Below, one piece after another: positions 10,814-22,148 of a DNA stretch of 64,000 bases (positions are counted from its first letter, which is position 1; each line of letters starts with the position of its first letter). The stretch covers positions 99,330 through 163,329 of the forward strand of contig VRVR01000010.1 of the NCBI GenBank assembly GCA_009859145.1. Reading direction: 5' to 3'. The DNA is from Andalucia godoyi And28 (lineage: Eukaryota; Protista; Jakobida). The position numbers and the translations under genes were made by a program. The notes under the pieces are model-generated. The model saw nothing but the letters and a program-made list of their open reading frames with translations, had not been told where the DNA came from and did no database searches.

Positions 10814-13800
10814 TTCATCAAACTGGGTAAGGTCCAACGAAAGAATGCGAGAACCATCCACGACCTCGTCTCGACAAATTCCCATCAGCGCATCCGCGTT
10901 CTCAAAAAAGATTTCTCGGTGAGAAATTACGAGGACCTGGGTACCATTCTCGGGAATCCGAATGTCGACGCCGTCTGGAACTGGCGGAGCAGTGGGGTTG
11001 TCTTCGGGCTTGTACCAGGATTGCGAATGAGAAAAGACACGAAGCAAGCGAGTGATCTTGGAAATGTTGACAGGATCCAACGCAGCATCCATTTCATCCA
11101 TGACGAGAAACGGTGCACCGGAGTACACCTGCAACGCAATGACAAGGGCGAGTGCCGATACCGTTTGTTCTCCGCCAGATCGTGAATTCAAGCCTTCTGC
11201 GATGACACGCTTTCCAGGGGGAGTGCAGTTGAATTTCACACCACTTGAAAATGGCTCTTCGGGAGCTTCAAGACCTAAAAAGGCTGACCCTCCCAGAGGA
11301 TTCTCGGAATCGGCCGTCAGTCCTCGATAGATTTCCGGCAGCAACACAGAAACAGAATTGAATAAGCGCATGAATAAATCCGTTCGCTTGGTTTGCACTT
11401 CCTTGAAGTGGTGTTCAGCTTGCTGTTGTACTTCCCGCGACTTGTCGCAGTCGCGCTTGGCGTGTTTGAGCCGTGTATCCGCAGCAGCAAGCGTCTCATT
11501 TGCCCGAGACAGCGAAGGAATTGTCGCTTGCTGTGCCATGCGATCTCTTTGTGCCGTCATTCCGCGAATCTTCTCCTCGTATTCCGAGATGATTGTCCGA
11601 AGCCCGTCGTCGATAACAGTCCGACCGGATGATTCGGCAGAGCCTTCTTCAGAGGACGCCTTCTCTTTCGTCTGGCGTCCAACTTTGCGTCGCTTGGAGG
11701 CTGGAGCAGACACAATCTGTTTGGAGGCCACGTCACGAGCCGCCTTTGGAAGCGAGGAGAAATCGATGCGATACTTGTCGGAGGATAATTCGTCAACCAA
11801 GATCTCCGACAGCCATTCTCCAAGTTCGCTTTCACCCTCTTCGTCGTCGTTGTCGCTGTCGTCATTCACTGATCTCTTGGGGATGTTCGTGATGCCATCC
11901 AATCTCATTCGTTCCAGCAAAGCAGTCCGGTCACGAACAGAAATGTCAACTCGTTCGCTGATTTCCGTCAACCGACCCTTACAGTCCTGCACGTCTCGCG
12001 ATCGTTGGCGATCTTCTGCAGCAGTGCTCCGGATCTCTTGGTCAATGGCGACAAGTTCTCTTTCAAGTTGAGTAATCAGCTCCCGCCGTTTGGCTTCTGT
12101 AGAGCGCCGTTCTTCGGCTCTAGACAGAGCCCTTTGCAGCTCGCGTTCGATTTCCGAAATGCGATCCTTGTCCGTTTGGATTTGAGCAGTCAATTTCTTG
12201 ATTCGAGAATCATCTTCTTCTAACGATCTTTCCAAGTAAGACAAGCTTGCTTTGAGCTTTCCGACAGTGTTTTCGGTCTGTGCTCGGTGTTCCTGTGCCT
12301 CACGGAGCACTTTCGCGGCGCTGGCCTTCTTTTCTTCAGCGGCTCGAAGCGCAGAAATCGACGACTGGTTCACTCCTAGACGGGACAGGGTTTCCTGCTC
12401 AATCGCCCCTCTTTGAGCCTGCAAATCCTTCTTGCGAGACTCGTACGTCGCCAGAACGTTCATAACCCGATCGGCCTCCGATTCAAGTTCTGAAGTTAAA
12501 GAGCTCAGTGTTTGGATCTCCTTCTGCTGCTCCTCCAGGCGTTTCGTCACCACTGTCAGTTCCTGCTTGATTTGACGGGCATTTAGCTCAAAGCTCCTAC
12601 GTTCTTCCAAGCGAGCCGCGGTGTTTGCGTGAACAAGATCAGCGTACTCGCGCTCTTCGTCCTTGACTTGGGCAACAAGCAGCTCCATCCGACTCTTGAT
12701 GACGGACATCGGGTCTTCATCTGATTGTTGCATATAGGTGGCATACTGGGGCGACGTGGATTTCGGCGACCCGCCGCCAGAGAGAATGCCGTTTTTGTGA
12801 ATCACAGATCCATCCAAAGCACATATCTTCACCCCAAGTCTTTGAGATCCGTACGCTAGTTCGCGAGCCTCGTCAAGAGTGTCAACTGCAACAGTGTTTC
12901 CGCATGCAAACTGAATCGCCTTTTCGATGGCAGAGCGCAGAGAAAGCTCCGGGACACGCGGCTCCACAAGATCCACGGCGCGCCGGGCTGTGCCACCCAG
13001 GTGGCGGAACCGTTCTTCAGGTGCCTTAATGTGCGCCTGGATGGAATCAAGGGGCAAGAACACGGCTGATCCGATGCGCTGGTCGCGCAGATAAGCCATG
13101 CATTCTCGCGCAGCCTTCACGTCATCAACCAAAATTGCCTCCCAGTAACGACCCATAGCGGAAGCTACCACGCGCACGTATGCATTCTCGTTCTTGGAGC
13201 TGGAGCTGGAGCTGGAGCTGGACCCGGTGTTCGAGGAAGGCTGCAGCACGCGAACCAAATCGCAAGTTCGACCCCGGACACCTCGGATGGATTGCACCAT
13301 ATGCTGGACCGCAACTCGCATTTGCTGCGCATGCGTACTTTCTCGTTGGGTATCTTTCAGTTCTCGCCGTGCAGCATCCAAGTCTTCCAACTGCTTCTTT
13401 TTGTTCGTCGTCGACGCTTCGAGCTGAATCTTTCGCTCACGATCGTTTTCCATTGCCGCGTCAATTGCCGCAATCGATCTTGTAATCTGTGCGTGCTGTG
13501 ACTCAAGGTTCTGCAATCGCACACGAGAAACCTCCACACGTTCCCTAGAATCAGAAATTTGCATTTTCAGCGACGCAGTGCGTTCCTGAAGGTTCTTCAT
13601 CGCATTTCGGTCCTGCTCCGCATCGCGATCCAGCTGGTGCTCTTGGCGGACTACAGGCAGCAGTGCGCGCTCCAATGACGACTGCACGCTCGCCTTACCC
13701 TCGATCTCCTTTTCTGCACTGGCTGCTGCTTCTGCAGCCGCGAGCTGAGCCTTTTCCTCGGCTTTTACATGCCGATCAAGAAGCTCGGATGCCTTTTTCA

Positions 13801-14980
13801 AGTCGGCCTGCAGAGACAAGGTTTCGGACGAATGACTAGCCTTCTTGTCCTTCCAAGAATCCAATGCCTTTGCAGCTTTCGGAATGGTGATATCCAAGAG
13901 GTCTTTCTTCTCCGAATTGAGTTTGGTGATGGATTCATCGATACTGCTAAGATTGGAATCCTTCGCCTTCTTCTCTGCAGCAGAGAGTTCCTTGTTGATC
14001 TTGACTCGCCGCTTCTTCAAATCTTGGACCTTTTCGCGAACTTCTCTGTCCTCGATTTCCGCTTTTTTGAGAGTCTCGGCAGCTGCGGCAACATCAGCAC
14101 GCGCGTTCCGGACTTGCATCTCCAGGGCAAACAGTCGAGTGAGAGCCTGCTCGCGTTTTGCATGTTCTATCTGATTGGACACTGTGACGTACTCCTGTGC
14201 AGCCGTTTTTTGCATTTCTGCCTGCGCCTTCTCCGTCTGCGCACTCTTTTTCCGTTTATGCGCCGCAACATACTCGGCCGACGACGCATCCAACTCTGCT
14301 CGGAGTCGTTCATAGTCGCCCTTGAGCACTGCGGATCCACTCACCTGCTCAAACAATTCGGTGAGTTCTTTGGAAGTCTTGAGCGACAACCTACGGACCT
14401 CGTGCTGCAGTACGAACCCAGTTTTTGCAAGAGGAGAAAGCCCGTGCGCGAGAAGACCCGTGCAGTAATCCTGGAACGAAGCAGTTTTCCCGTTGATTGC
14501 GTACCGACCCGAACCATTCGGAAGCACAGATCGCGTAAATCGGATTTCAATCGACGCTCCAGCGGCATTGGTCGATCGAAAAACCAAGGAAACCGAGCAG
14601 GAAACGTCTCGCGATTGTTCAGAATCCAGCGTCTCATCAACGTCTTGATCATCAGATCCCTCTGCTGCACCTGCCTCGGTAACACTCTTTGATAGGCTGC
14701 TCGACGAAGTGGAACCCGGGGCAGAGTTGTGAGAAAGATCCGTCAATGAAGTGCAGCGAAGATCTCGGGCGTGGCAACCAAGAACAAACCGGATTGCATC
14801 AATGATGTTGGACTTTCCAGCACCGTTCGGTCCAATGATGCAAGTAAACCGCGAAAGAGGACCCAAGATGTGTTTTCCCGCATACGATTTCCAGTTTTCG
14901 AGCTCCAGTGCAACTAGAGAACCAGACGTCTGCTGCTTAGGACCAATCGACGAACGAGTCCGACGGTCTGAGGACGACAT
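10811..14980 (-). CDS. SMC1: Cohesin subunit SMC1 (divergent)
   Basis: LELENWKSY...IIGPNGAGKSN (Walker A); SMC1-type hinge (MGRYWEAILVDD...FLPLDSI, ALDGSVIHKNGILSGG); C-terminal FNCTPPGKR, SGGEQTVSALAL and DEMDAALD. First plausible ATG is 14980. Confidence 0.88.
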
Positions 14981-15339
14981 TTGGCGGAGCAGAAGAGGGG
15001 GAAAGAAACAAGCAAGAACAGATCTTTTTGCAGTAAAAAACAAGGAAGAAAGCCAAATTTAAAAGAAAATTAAAAAAAACAAAAGAAAAGAAGGAAGAAA
15101 AGAAAAGAAGGAAGGAAGGTAGAAAAGAAAAAGGAAAGAAAAAGAAGGAGATGGGGAAAAAACCACAGTGAATTTTTTTTTAATGTGGTTGTTTATTGTG
15201 GAGACACGTGAATGTGTGTTTTTTTTTTTTTGGAAGGGATGCAATCTCCCATCTGGCGCGGAACGAACATTTTTTGGCGGGGGAAATCCTGCATAGCATC
15301 AAAGTATTGAGTAAACCTCCTTCCGGTACATTCGTGTCG

Positions 15340-15413
15340 AGCACCTTAGCGCAGGTGGTTAGCGCGACAGGCTCATAACCTGTAGGTCTCTGGATCGAAG
15401 CCAGAAGGTGCTA
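15340..15413 (+). tRNA. tRNA-Met(CAT), initiator-type
   Basis: Cloverleaf: acceptor AGCACCT/AGGTGCT, D stem GCGC/GCGC, anticodon stem ACAGG/CCTGT with loop CTCATAA, T stem TCTGG/CCAGA with loop ATCGAAG. A1:U72 and A54 are eukaryotic initiator hallmarks. Confidence 0.93.
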
Positions 15414-15427
15414 TCGTAGCTCGTTTC

Positions 15428-15433
15428 TTTTTT
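15428..15433 (+). terminator. Pol III terminator (T6) of the tRNA gene
   Basis: T-run 14 nt downstream of the discriminator base. Confidence 0.7.
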
Positions 15434-15582
15434 GTTTTTTGTTATTCTATTATTTAATACATTTTTTTAATCAAGTCAGTCTGGGGTTTTTCGTTTTTCA
15501 TGTTCATGCTCATGTTCCGCTCTCGTTTCTCTACTTGCTTTTTATTCATCCTGCTGTCCATGACCCGTACGGCTGAAGATCT

Positions 15583-17460
15583 ATGTCCAATCATGTAAGT
15601 CGGACTCTTTTGTTTGCTTCGGTTTGCATTCCGCTGGAACACGTTCCGTTGCTTCGCAAACTTCAGCACCATTTTGAGCTGCTGGCAAATGCAATCGATG
15701 CTTGCTTCCGCACATCACCGATGAATCCATTTCCAATTCTTCCGATGCGAGTTTCTGGGAAAGTCGAAATTCCGAAATACCTGGTGCATCCTCATTACCG
15801 TATTTTGACCCTACTGGGAACTTTGTTTTTGCAGTTGGACGATTTCATGGATCCCAGAGTAGAATTTCAAATGGACCATGTTCGGAGGAGCAACGTGATG
15901 AATTATGTGCTCGATTCGCCGGAATGCGACCAGAACTTTCAGACTCCAACTTCAGAGTATTCGCCGAGTTGTGGTGCGTTTTCAGCCTTGCCAGACGATG
16001 TTCCTGGTGCTTTCGCGGAACCGTTCCGGACAATTTGGACCCTGTACAAGGAGCAAGGCGCCGTGCCAGAACCTGTAGCACTCGTTCATCCGCTGACTGT
16101 GTCTAGACCTCGAGAGCTGGTGTTGCTGATGGATGTGTTTGATCGCAGGCAACTCTGCGAAACTTGCATTGCGAAAGAAGGCTCAGCGTTCTCTCGGTTG
16201 TGGAAAGTTTGGAAAGCCAAGGAAATTGCAGAACAAGCGCGATGTGTTGTGCTAGACTGGAGAAAGGCGCAGCTTCGGTGTGTTCAGCGGATTCGAAGGG
16301 TGCAGCTCCTGTCTTCGTATTGTGATTTGAGAATCCGCAAGACGATGCTGCACAAGCTTCGTTGCTGGGTCAAGGCAGCGCGATGGTCACGGCTGTTTGT
16401 GCGAGACCAAGCCCACCAATCTCGCTCAGCCATTGAAACAGCTCTGAAACTGATGACGATGCGACGGATGATGTCGAGAATCGCGGAACTGAAAGGTCGA
16501 CAATACGCAATTCCGCCACTTTGCTTTACATCTTTTCCATCCTGTTGGTCGTGGAAATTATTCTCTGTCGATTCAATGGAGTACGGCGAAGCAGGTTCAC
16601 TGGAGGATGATGACCAGGAAGATGAGCTTCTGGGACAAGAAGCGTCCCCGTCTGCTGCTGTAGAGAGCGCTCTTTTGCAGCAGGCTGTGGTGGACACTCC
16701 TGAACCATTGACTAGTGTCGAGGATGTGCTGACGCATCCTGGAATTTCCACGGTGCTGGACGACATGTTCTCAGCTTCGGAAGACCAAGCTATCCAGGAT
16801 TCTCGGCTTGTCTTCTTCTCTCGGTATCTGAGTTCAGGGAACGCATTGTATGCGCTCGAGTCTGTTGTCAAGGGTGGTACTGCATTGACTCTGCTATGGA
16901 AAACCGGGCTGCGCTTCTCTGCAAGCAAGATTGAAGCAGAACTTGCAAACTCTTCTTCTTTGTCTAGTCCTCGACAGGAGACCGCGCTGACGTCTGGAGA
17001 CGCGTATTTCGTCTCGACTGCGGCCAAGTTCATGAGCGGCGTTCTCGACAAGTGCGAGCCCTTGCAATATCTGAAAAATGACGAAGCACGCGCAGTGATT
17101 TGGAGAGAATCACATCTTGTTCCGCGCTCCATTTGCAAGGACTTTGAACGAATCTTTCAGTACAATCCTTCGCAGGACCAGTCGCCAAGTCGGTTTCTTC
17201 AGAGCAAAATGGAAAGGTGGCGCACTGCTGCTCAGAATCCTGCACAATTCAAGAAGCATCTGCTGGCTGTGATCCTCCAGTATTCTTGGTCCCTGGCGCA
17301 ACTTTTGGCTTTGCATCTGGAACCATTCCATTCGGCTGGTTTTCCATGTCCCTTGCTGCCGTTCGACGTGGACACTGTCAAGAGCTCTTGCGCGCATGCT
17401 GTCCAGCTCGTCGGTCAATTGTCGGGCATATTCCTCCTCGAGGCGGACGATTTACCTTGA
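15583..17460 (+). CDS. Hypothetical protein
   Basis: 625-aa ATG-initiated ORF with a basic, Trp-containing helical middle segment and an acidic linker; no family recognised. Confidence 0.7.
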   Translation: MSNHVSRTLLFASVCIPLEHVPLLRKLQHHFELLANAIDACFRTSPMNPFPILPMRVSGKVEIPKYLVHPHYRILTLLGTLFLQLDDFMDPRVEFQMDHVRRSNVMNYVLDSPECDQNFQTPTSEYSPSCGAFSALPDDVPGAFAEPFRTIWTLYKEQGAVPEPVALVHPLTVSRPRELVLLMDVFDRRQLCETCIAKEGSAFSRLWKVWKAKEIAEQARCVVLDWRKAQLRCVQRIRRVQLLSSYCDLRIRKTMLHKLRCWVKAARWSRLFVRDQAHQSRSAIETALKLMTMRRMMSRIAELKGRQYAIPPLCFTSFPSCWSWKLFSVDSMEYGEAGSLEDDDQEDELLGQEASPSAAVESALLQQAVVDTPEPLTSVEDVLTHPGISTVLDDMFSASEDQAIQDSRLVFFSRYLSSGNALYALESVVKGGTALTLLWKTGLRFSASKIEAELANSSSLSSPRQETALTSGDAYFVSTAAKFMSGVLDKCEPLQYLKNDEARAVIWRESHLVPRSICKDFERIFQYNPSQDQSPSRFLQSKMERWRTAAQNPAQFKKHLLAVILQYSWSLAQLLALHLEPFHSAGFPCPLLPFDVDTVKSSCAHAVQLVGQLSGIFLLEADDLP

Positions 17461-17703
17461 CCTCTCCTTCAAGTGCCGTCTATTAATAATTTCCCGACGA
17501 AGCCGAAAACAAAAACAAAAACAAAAAATGCACCGCCGACGCTCCGATCGTTTCAAAAAAAAAAGCAAGGAAGAGTGTGTTTCGCGTGTGTGTGTGTGTG
17601 TGTGTGTTTGTGCGGAACCTTTCCATTTTTCATCATCTTCTTCATTTTTCTTCCATTGGTTGCACTACTACTACTACTGCTGCTGCTGCTGCTTCTGGTT
17701 CTA

Positions 17704-19497
17704 ATGATTCGAACAATGGTGGAGCCTGTGAAGAAGGTTGTGATTGTTGGTGGCGTGGCGGGCGGAGCGTCTTGTGCAGCTCGATTGCGCAGGCTTTCCG
17801 AGTCGGCGTCGATTGTCATGCTTGAGCGTGGTGCATATGCATCCTTTGCGAATTGCGGTCTTCCGTACCATATTTCAGGGGAAATCGATGATCGTGACGA
17901 TCTGTTGGTTGTTTCACCCCAGGTGTTCCGTGGGCGTTACAACGTGGATGTGCGGACAAACACAGAATGTGTGTCGATTGATCGTGCAAAAAAGACAGTA
18001 ATGTGCAAGTCCTTGGCAGACGGATCCGAATTTTCGCTTCCCTACGATACGCTTGTTCTGGCGACAGGTGCTTCGCCATTTGTGCCGCCGAACCTCGCGT
18101 CTGCCGTCAAGGAATTTCCAGACAAGGTGTTTGTGTTGCGCAACCTATCAGACATGGACGCAATCCAAGCAAAGATCGCTGCAGCAATGACGAAAAACAA
18201 TGGGAAATGCACTGCTGTCATTGTGGGTGGTGGCTACATTGGCATTGAAACTGCAGAAGCCTTTGCGAGACGAGGAGTAAAGACGGTGGTTGTGGAACTG
18301 CTTCCGCAGTTGTTGCCACCTTTCGACCCCGAAATGGTTGTTCCGATTGAGGACGAGCTGAAGAAGAACGGTGTCGAGGTCAAACTGGGGACCAGCTGTT
18401 CGGGAATCATCAGCCATGGGGACGGCATCAGAGTCAAACTTGCCTCGGGAGAAGAGGTGGAGGCAGATTTTTGTTTGCTGTCGGTTGGGGTCCGTCCGGA
18501 GTCCACGCTTGCGAAGAATGCAAGTATTGAGACGGGTCCACGCGGAGGAATTGCCGTGAATGATCACATGCAGACTCTCACGGACCCCAGTGTATATGCT
18601 GTCGGAGACGTTGTGGAGGTGAAGGATGGCGTAATGAATGTCGAGCATTTGCAGATTCCCCTTGCTGGACCCGCTAACAGACAGGGCCATATTGCTGCTT
18701 CTCACATGATTCAAGGAGAAACGAGCGTGATTCCGAACGATCGCACGTACAGAGGCACGCTCGGCACTGCCATTTTGCGCTGCTTTGGCCGTGTTATCGG
18801 GTCGACTGGTTGCTCTGAGAAGTTCTTGCGCGGACAGCTGAAAATGGAACTGCACAAGGACTATGAAAAGGTGTATGGATTTTTCAACTCGCACGCTGGC
18901 TACTACCCTGGTGCAGCGCGGCTGGCAATCAAGATGCTCTTTACAAAGAACGGAGGCCGTGTGTTGGGTGCTCAGGTTGTTGGGTGGGGGCATGAAGGAG
19001 TGGACAAGCGTGTCGATGTGTTTGCAATGGCTCTCGCCGGACGAATGACTGTGCATGATCTGGAGCAAGCCGAACTTGCATATGCGCCGCCTTTCGGATC
19101 TGCAAAGGATCCTGTCAATCAGCTGGGCTTCATGGCATGCGGGGTCCTCAGAGGGGAGCAGCGACATGTCTTTTGGGACGACGACCGTATTTTGCAGCGA
19201 GTGCAGGCTGGGGAGGTCATTCTGCTGGACGTCCGCTCGGTCAGCGAATGGAAGCGTGGTCATGTTGATGGTGCAGTTCACATCCCCCTCGAGCAACTGA
19301 GAGATCGTCTGCAGGAATTGCGCGATGTCGTTGGAGATACAAAGAAGCCCGTTGTCGCGTATTGTGCAGCTGGATTCCGAGGATACATTGCGCAACGAAT
19401 TCTCGACAACTCTGGTTTCGATACTGCAAAGACGAGTAATCTCTCTGGAGGCTTCGAGGCGATCGCCAAGCTTTTCCGCTTCGCTCCCAAACTGTAA
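17704..19497 (+). CDS. cdr: CoA-disulfide reductase / NADH-dependent persulfide reductase with C-terminal rhodanese (CoADR-RHD)
   Basis: GGVAGGAS FAD motif, SFANCGLPY redox Cys, GGGYIGIE NAD(H) motif, ELAYAPPFGSAKDPVN, and rhodanese LLDVRSVSEW...YCAAGFRG. Start is 17704 or 17716; no introns. Confidence 0.93.
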   Translation: MIRTMVEPVKKVVIVGGVAGGASCAARLRRLSESASIVMLERGAYASFANCGLPYHISGEIDDRDDLLVVSPQVFRGRYNVDVRTNTECVSIDRAKKTVMCKSLADGSEFSLPYDTLVLATGASPFVPPNLASAVKEFPDKVFVLRNLSDMDAIQAKIAAAMTKNNGKCTAVIVGGGYIGIETAEAFARRGVKTVVVELLPQLLPPFDPEMVVPIEDELKKNGVEVKLGTSCSGIISHGDGIRVKLASGEEVEADFCLLSVGVRPESTLAKNASIETGPRGGIAVNDHMQTLTDPSVYAVGDVVEVKDGVMNVEHLQIPLAGPANRQGHIAASHMIQGETSVIPNDRTYRGTLGTAILRCFGRVIGSTGCSEKFLRGQLKMELHKDYEKVYGFFNSHAGYYPGAARLAIKMLFTKNGGRVLGAQVVGWGHEGVDKRVDVFAMALAGRMTVHDLEQAELAYAPPFGSAKDPVNQLGFMACGVLRGEQRHVFWDDDRILQRVQAGEVILLDVRSVSEWKRGHVDGAVHIPLEQLRDRLQELRDVVGDTKKPVVAYCAAGFRGYIAQRILDNSGFDTAKTSNLSGGFEAIAKLFRFAPKL

Positions 19498-19805
19498 CCG
19501 CCATGCTACTGAAACCGTACCCGAATGAATGCGTACTTCTCTGTGTGCACACGCTTTTCAGCGGTCCTCTGATCCATCATTCCATGATGCGATCAACTTT
19601 CTTTCTTTTAATTTTTAAATTAAAAAGAACACGTTCTTCTTCTGCTACTGCTGCTGTAGGACAAACTTGAACGACAAATAAAACTCAGCGTCTTTCAAGC
19701 ATTTTCATTCACTCCTTTCATCTTGTCTTCTTTATTTCTGCTTGTTCATTTTCTTTCTTTTTGCACATAGATTGCCGTTTCGTTGTTTTCGAGACTTGCT
19801 GGAAA

Positions 19806-22148
19806 ATGACAAAGCATGGAAAGAAGAAGAAAAATAGAACTTCAATAGGATCGAGTTCCTCCCAGCAGCCTCAGAATCCGGTCGATTCGCCCGTTTCCAA
19901 CTCGCCCAACTCTGCTGGAGACTTTCCCATGTTCTCGTATCCTGCATCACCCCGCAGCCCAACACTGGAAAGCCCGTTCACAAAGTGTATGTGGCAAACA
20001 AAGAATATAGGAGGAATTGTTCCTGAGGTACGGCAGTCGCCAAGTCTTGTCTATGTTTCATCGTCATCGTCATCGGCGTCAGCATCCACGTCATCGGGGC
20101 TGTTATACATAGTCGGTGGTTACCTTCCAAGGAGACCGGGCCAGCGCTTAACTACAGACTCCATTTCTTTCCCGCATCTTGTTGGTATGACAGGCGCTTC
20201 GCCGTCTCAGCTGTCTGCAATTCTGGGTCATGCGTGCTTGACGACGGGCAAAAAGGCGTTTTTGCTTGGGGGCCGAACAGCCGATCATTCCGAAAGGGCA
20301 TTTCCTGTTGTCCACGCCTTTGACTTTCAGAATCCACAATGGGTGCATGTGGAGCCTGATGGTATCTCGCCGCCGCCCAGACTATTCGGCGCGATTGCAT
20401 CGGACTCCAATGCTTCATTTGTCTACATGTGTGGCGGATTCATGCTCACCACAGTGTTTCCCATGGAGCCATACGAATTTCACATTGCGTCACAGACATG
20501 GAGAAAACTTCCGATTAATGACAAAAGGCCGCTTCCGTCTCCACGAATTGCGTTTTCGATGGTGCTGTTTGATAATTACTTGTATATTTGGGGTGGTTGG
20601 GACCCTGTTGGGAAGGTTGGATTGAAGGACATGTGGAGATTTCCTCTAGATTACTCGGCGACTCGGCAGGCGCAGGAGTGGGAGAAGGTCACTCCGTCGG
20701 GATTGAGTGCTCCTCCTGCGCTTGCGTACCACTCGACGACGCTGGTGGCTGGGCGATACATGGTTATATTTGGAGGAGCCCAGGTGGATCTGTTGGTTGA
20801 TGAAAAGGGGCATCGAATGCAGGAGCTTCGAAAGTCCAACCGGACCTATGCGTTTGATCTTGAGCAGATGAACTGGTTCGAAATTGAGACGATTGGCCCC
20901 TGCCCGGTTGCTCGCATGATGCATGGGGCGGTGCTGATTCCTCGATCTGCCCTTCCAGATCTGATGAAGTACTCTGGAACTGCCTCCTTCTCGGGGGCAG
21001 AGATTTGTGACGAAGTTCTTGCTATCTGGGGAGGGGATGTTGCGGAAACGGGATTGCACTTCATGCAATTTGGTTTTCTTTCCGGCGCCTCGTCTTCCAA
21101 GGGCGATGCGGCGTTGTTTGCTTCTGGAGGCCGCTCGTCGATCCGACATGCAACGTCTGTTGATGCATTGTCGCGCTCCGTGTCCATGACAAGCATTTCC
21201 CAGCACGAAGAATTTGTGCAGTTGCTGACCAACTACACCGAAGAGCGGGTGCTTGGAAAGGGGGCGTTCGGAGAGGTTCGACTTGTTCAGCACAATGATG
21301 TTGGTTTGCGAATGGCTGTGAAGGTCGTCTCAAAACTGGAACGTTATGAAGAAGAAGTGCTGTCGAAGTATGTCAAGGTTCCCGATTGCCAGTCTGTGAA
21401 TATTATCCGATGTTTGGGCTTGAAGACCGAGGGAGAAATGCGCATGGTGTTTATGGAGTACATGGCAGGTGGCTCTCTGAAGGACTTACTGGTCCGTAAT
21501 ACTCGAATTCTTCCCGAGCGCGCTTGCCAGTACTTGCTCCATGTTGCTCGTGGATTGCTGTTCTTGCACAATCAAAAGATTGTCCATCGAGATCTCAAGC
21601 TCGACAACATCCTGCTGGATGACAATGGAATCGCGCGGATTGGTGACTTTGGAACAGCCTATGTTTTTGGTCTGCAGCTGTCTCGATCGTCCTCCGGTGC
21701 GATGCTGTCTTCGGTATCGTCTTACAAGACGTCGCCGAGCGACTCGGCTCGCCGGATTGTCGGCACCGTGACCCATCTTGCACCAGAAGCTGTCGATCAG
21801 CGTGTCGAATATGCCATGGACATCTTTTCATTTGGTTGCATGGCCGTCGAAATGCTCACAGGCCAGTCGCCGTTGATGAAGCGTATCGGAAGAATCCGCG
21901 AAGACGCCGCCGCAATACTTACGCTCTCCCAATGGTTTGGTGAACTAGCATCCAAATGCCCTCCGGGGGTTCATCCTCCAGAATTGTGCACCACATGCTG
22001 GGATGGTCCGACCGATGCCGACCAGCACATTCCTCCAAAGCTTGTCGAACTCATCCAGAGCTGTCTCCGCATCCATCCTGAAAATCGTCCGTCTGCTGCG
22101 GACCTCTGTGAATCACTGAGCCCAATGGCAAACGGCTCCTTCTTGTAG
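19806..22148 (+). CDS. Kelch-repeat beta-propeller fused to a C-terminal STE/MAP3K-like Ser/Thr kinase
   Basis: Kelch GG motifs (YIVGGY, FLLGGR, YMCGGF, YIWGGW, VIFGGA, AIWGGD). Kinase motifs LGKGAFG, AVK, HRDLKLDN, DFG and GTVTHLAPE. Confidence 0.9.
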   Translation: MTKHGKKKKNRTSIGSSSSQQPQNPVDSPVSNSPNSAGDFPMFSYPASPRSPTLESPFTKCMWQTKNIGGIVPEVRQSPSLVYVSSSSSSASASTSSGLLYIVGGYLPRRPGQRLTTDSISFPHLVGMTGASPSQLSAILGHACLTTGKKAFLLGGRTADHSERAFPVVHAFDFQNPQWVHVEPDGISPPPRLFGAIASDSNASFVYMCGGFMLTTVFPMEPYEFHIASQTWRKLPINDKRPLPSPRIAFSMVLFDNYLYIWGGWDPVGKVGLKDMWRFPLDYSATRQAQEWEKVTPSGLSAPPALAYHSTTLVAGRYMVIFGGAQVDLLVDEKGHRMQELRKSNRTYAFDLEQMNWFEIETIGPCPVARMMHGAVLIPRSALPDLMKYSGTASFSGAEICDEVLAIWGGDVAETGLHFMQFGFLSGASSSKGDAALFASGGRSSIRHATSVDALSRSVSMTSISQHEEFVQLLTNYTEERVLGKGAFGEVRLVQHNDVGLRMAVKVVSKLERYEEEVLSKYVKVPDCQSVNIIRCLGLKTEGEMRMVFMEYMAGGSLKDLLVRNTRILPERACQYLLHVARGLLFLHNQKIVHRDLKLDNILLDDNGIARIGDFGTAYVFGLQLSRSSSGAMLSSVSSYKTSPSDSARRIVGTVTHLAPEAVDQRVEYAMDIFSFGCMAVEMLTGQSPLMKRIGRIREDAAAILTLSQWFGELASKCPPGVHPPELCTTCWDGPTDADQHIPPKLVELIQSCLRIHPENRPSAADLCESLSPMANGSFL

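Noticed and set aside
15583-17460. Sfi1-like centrin-binding repeats in the 625-aa protein
   Set aside because: Only two or three loosely matching Trp motifs without regular spacing; not enough support.
17473-17703. Hydrophobic Cys/Leu-rich N-terminal extension (apparent signal peptide) on CoADR
   Set aside because: It is translated (TG)n and (CTA/CTG)n repeats; homology begins at about 17716.
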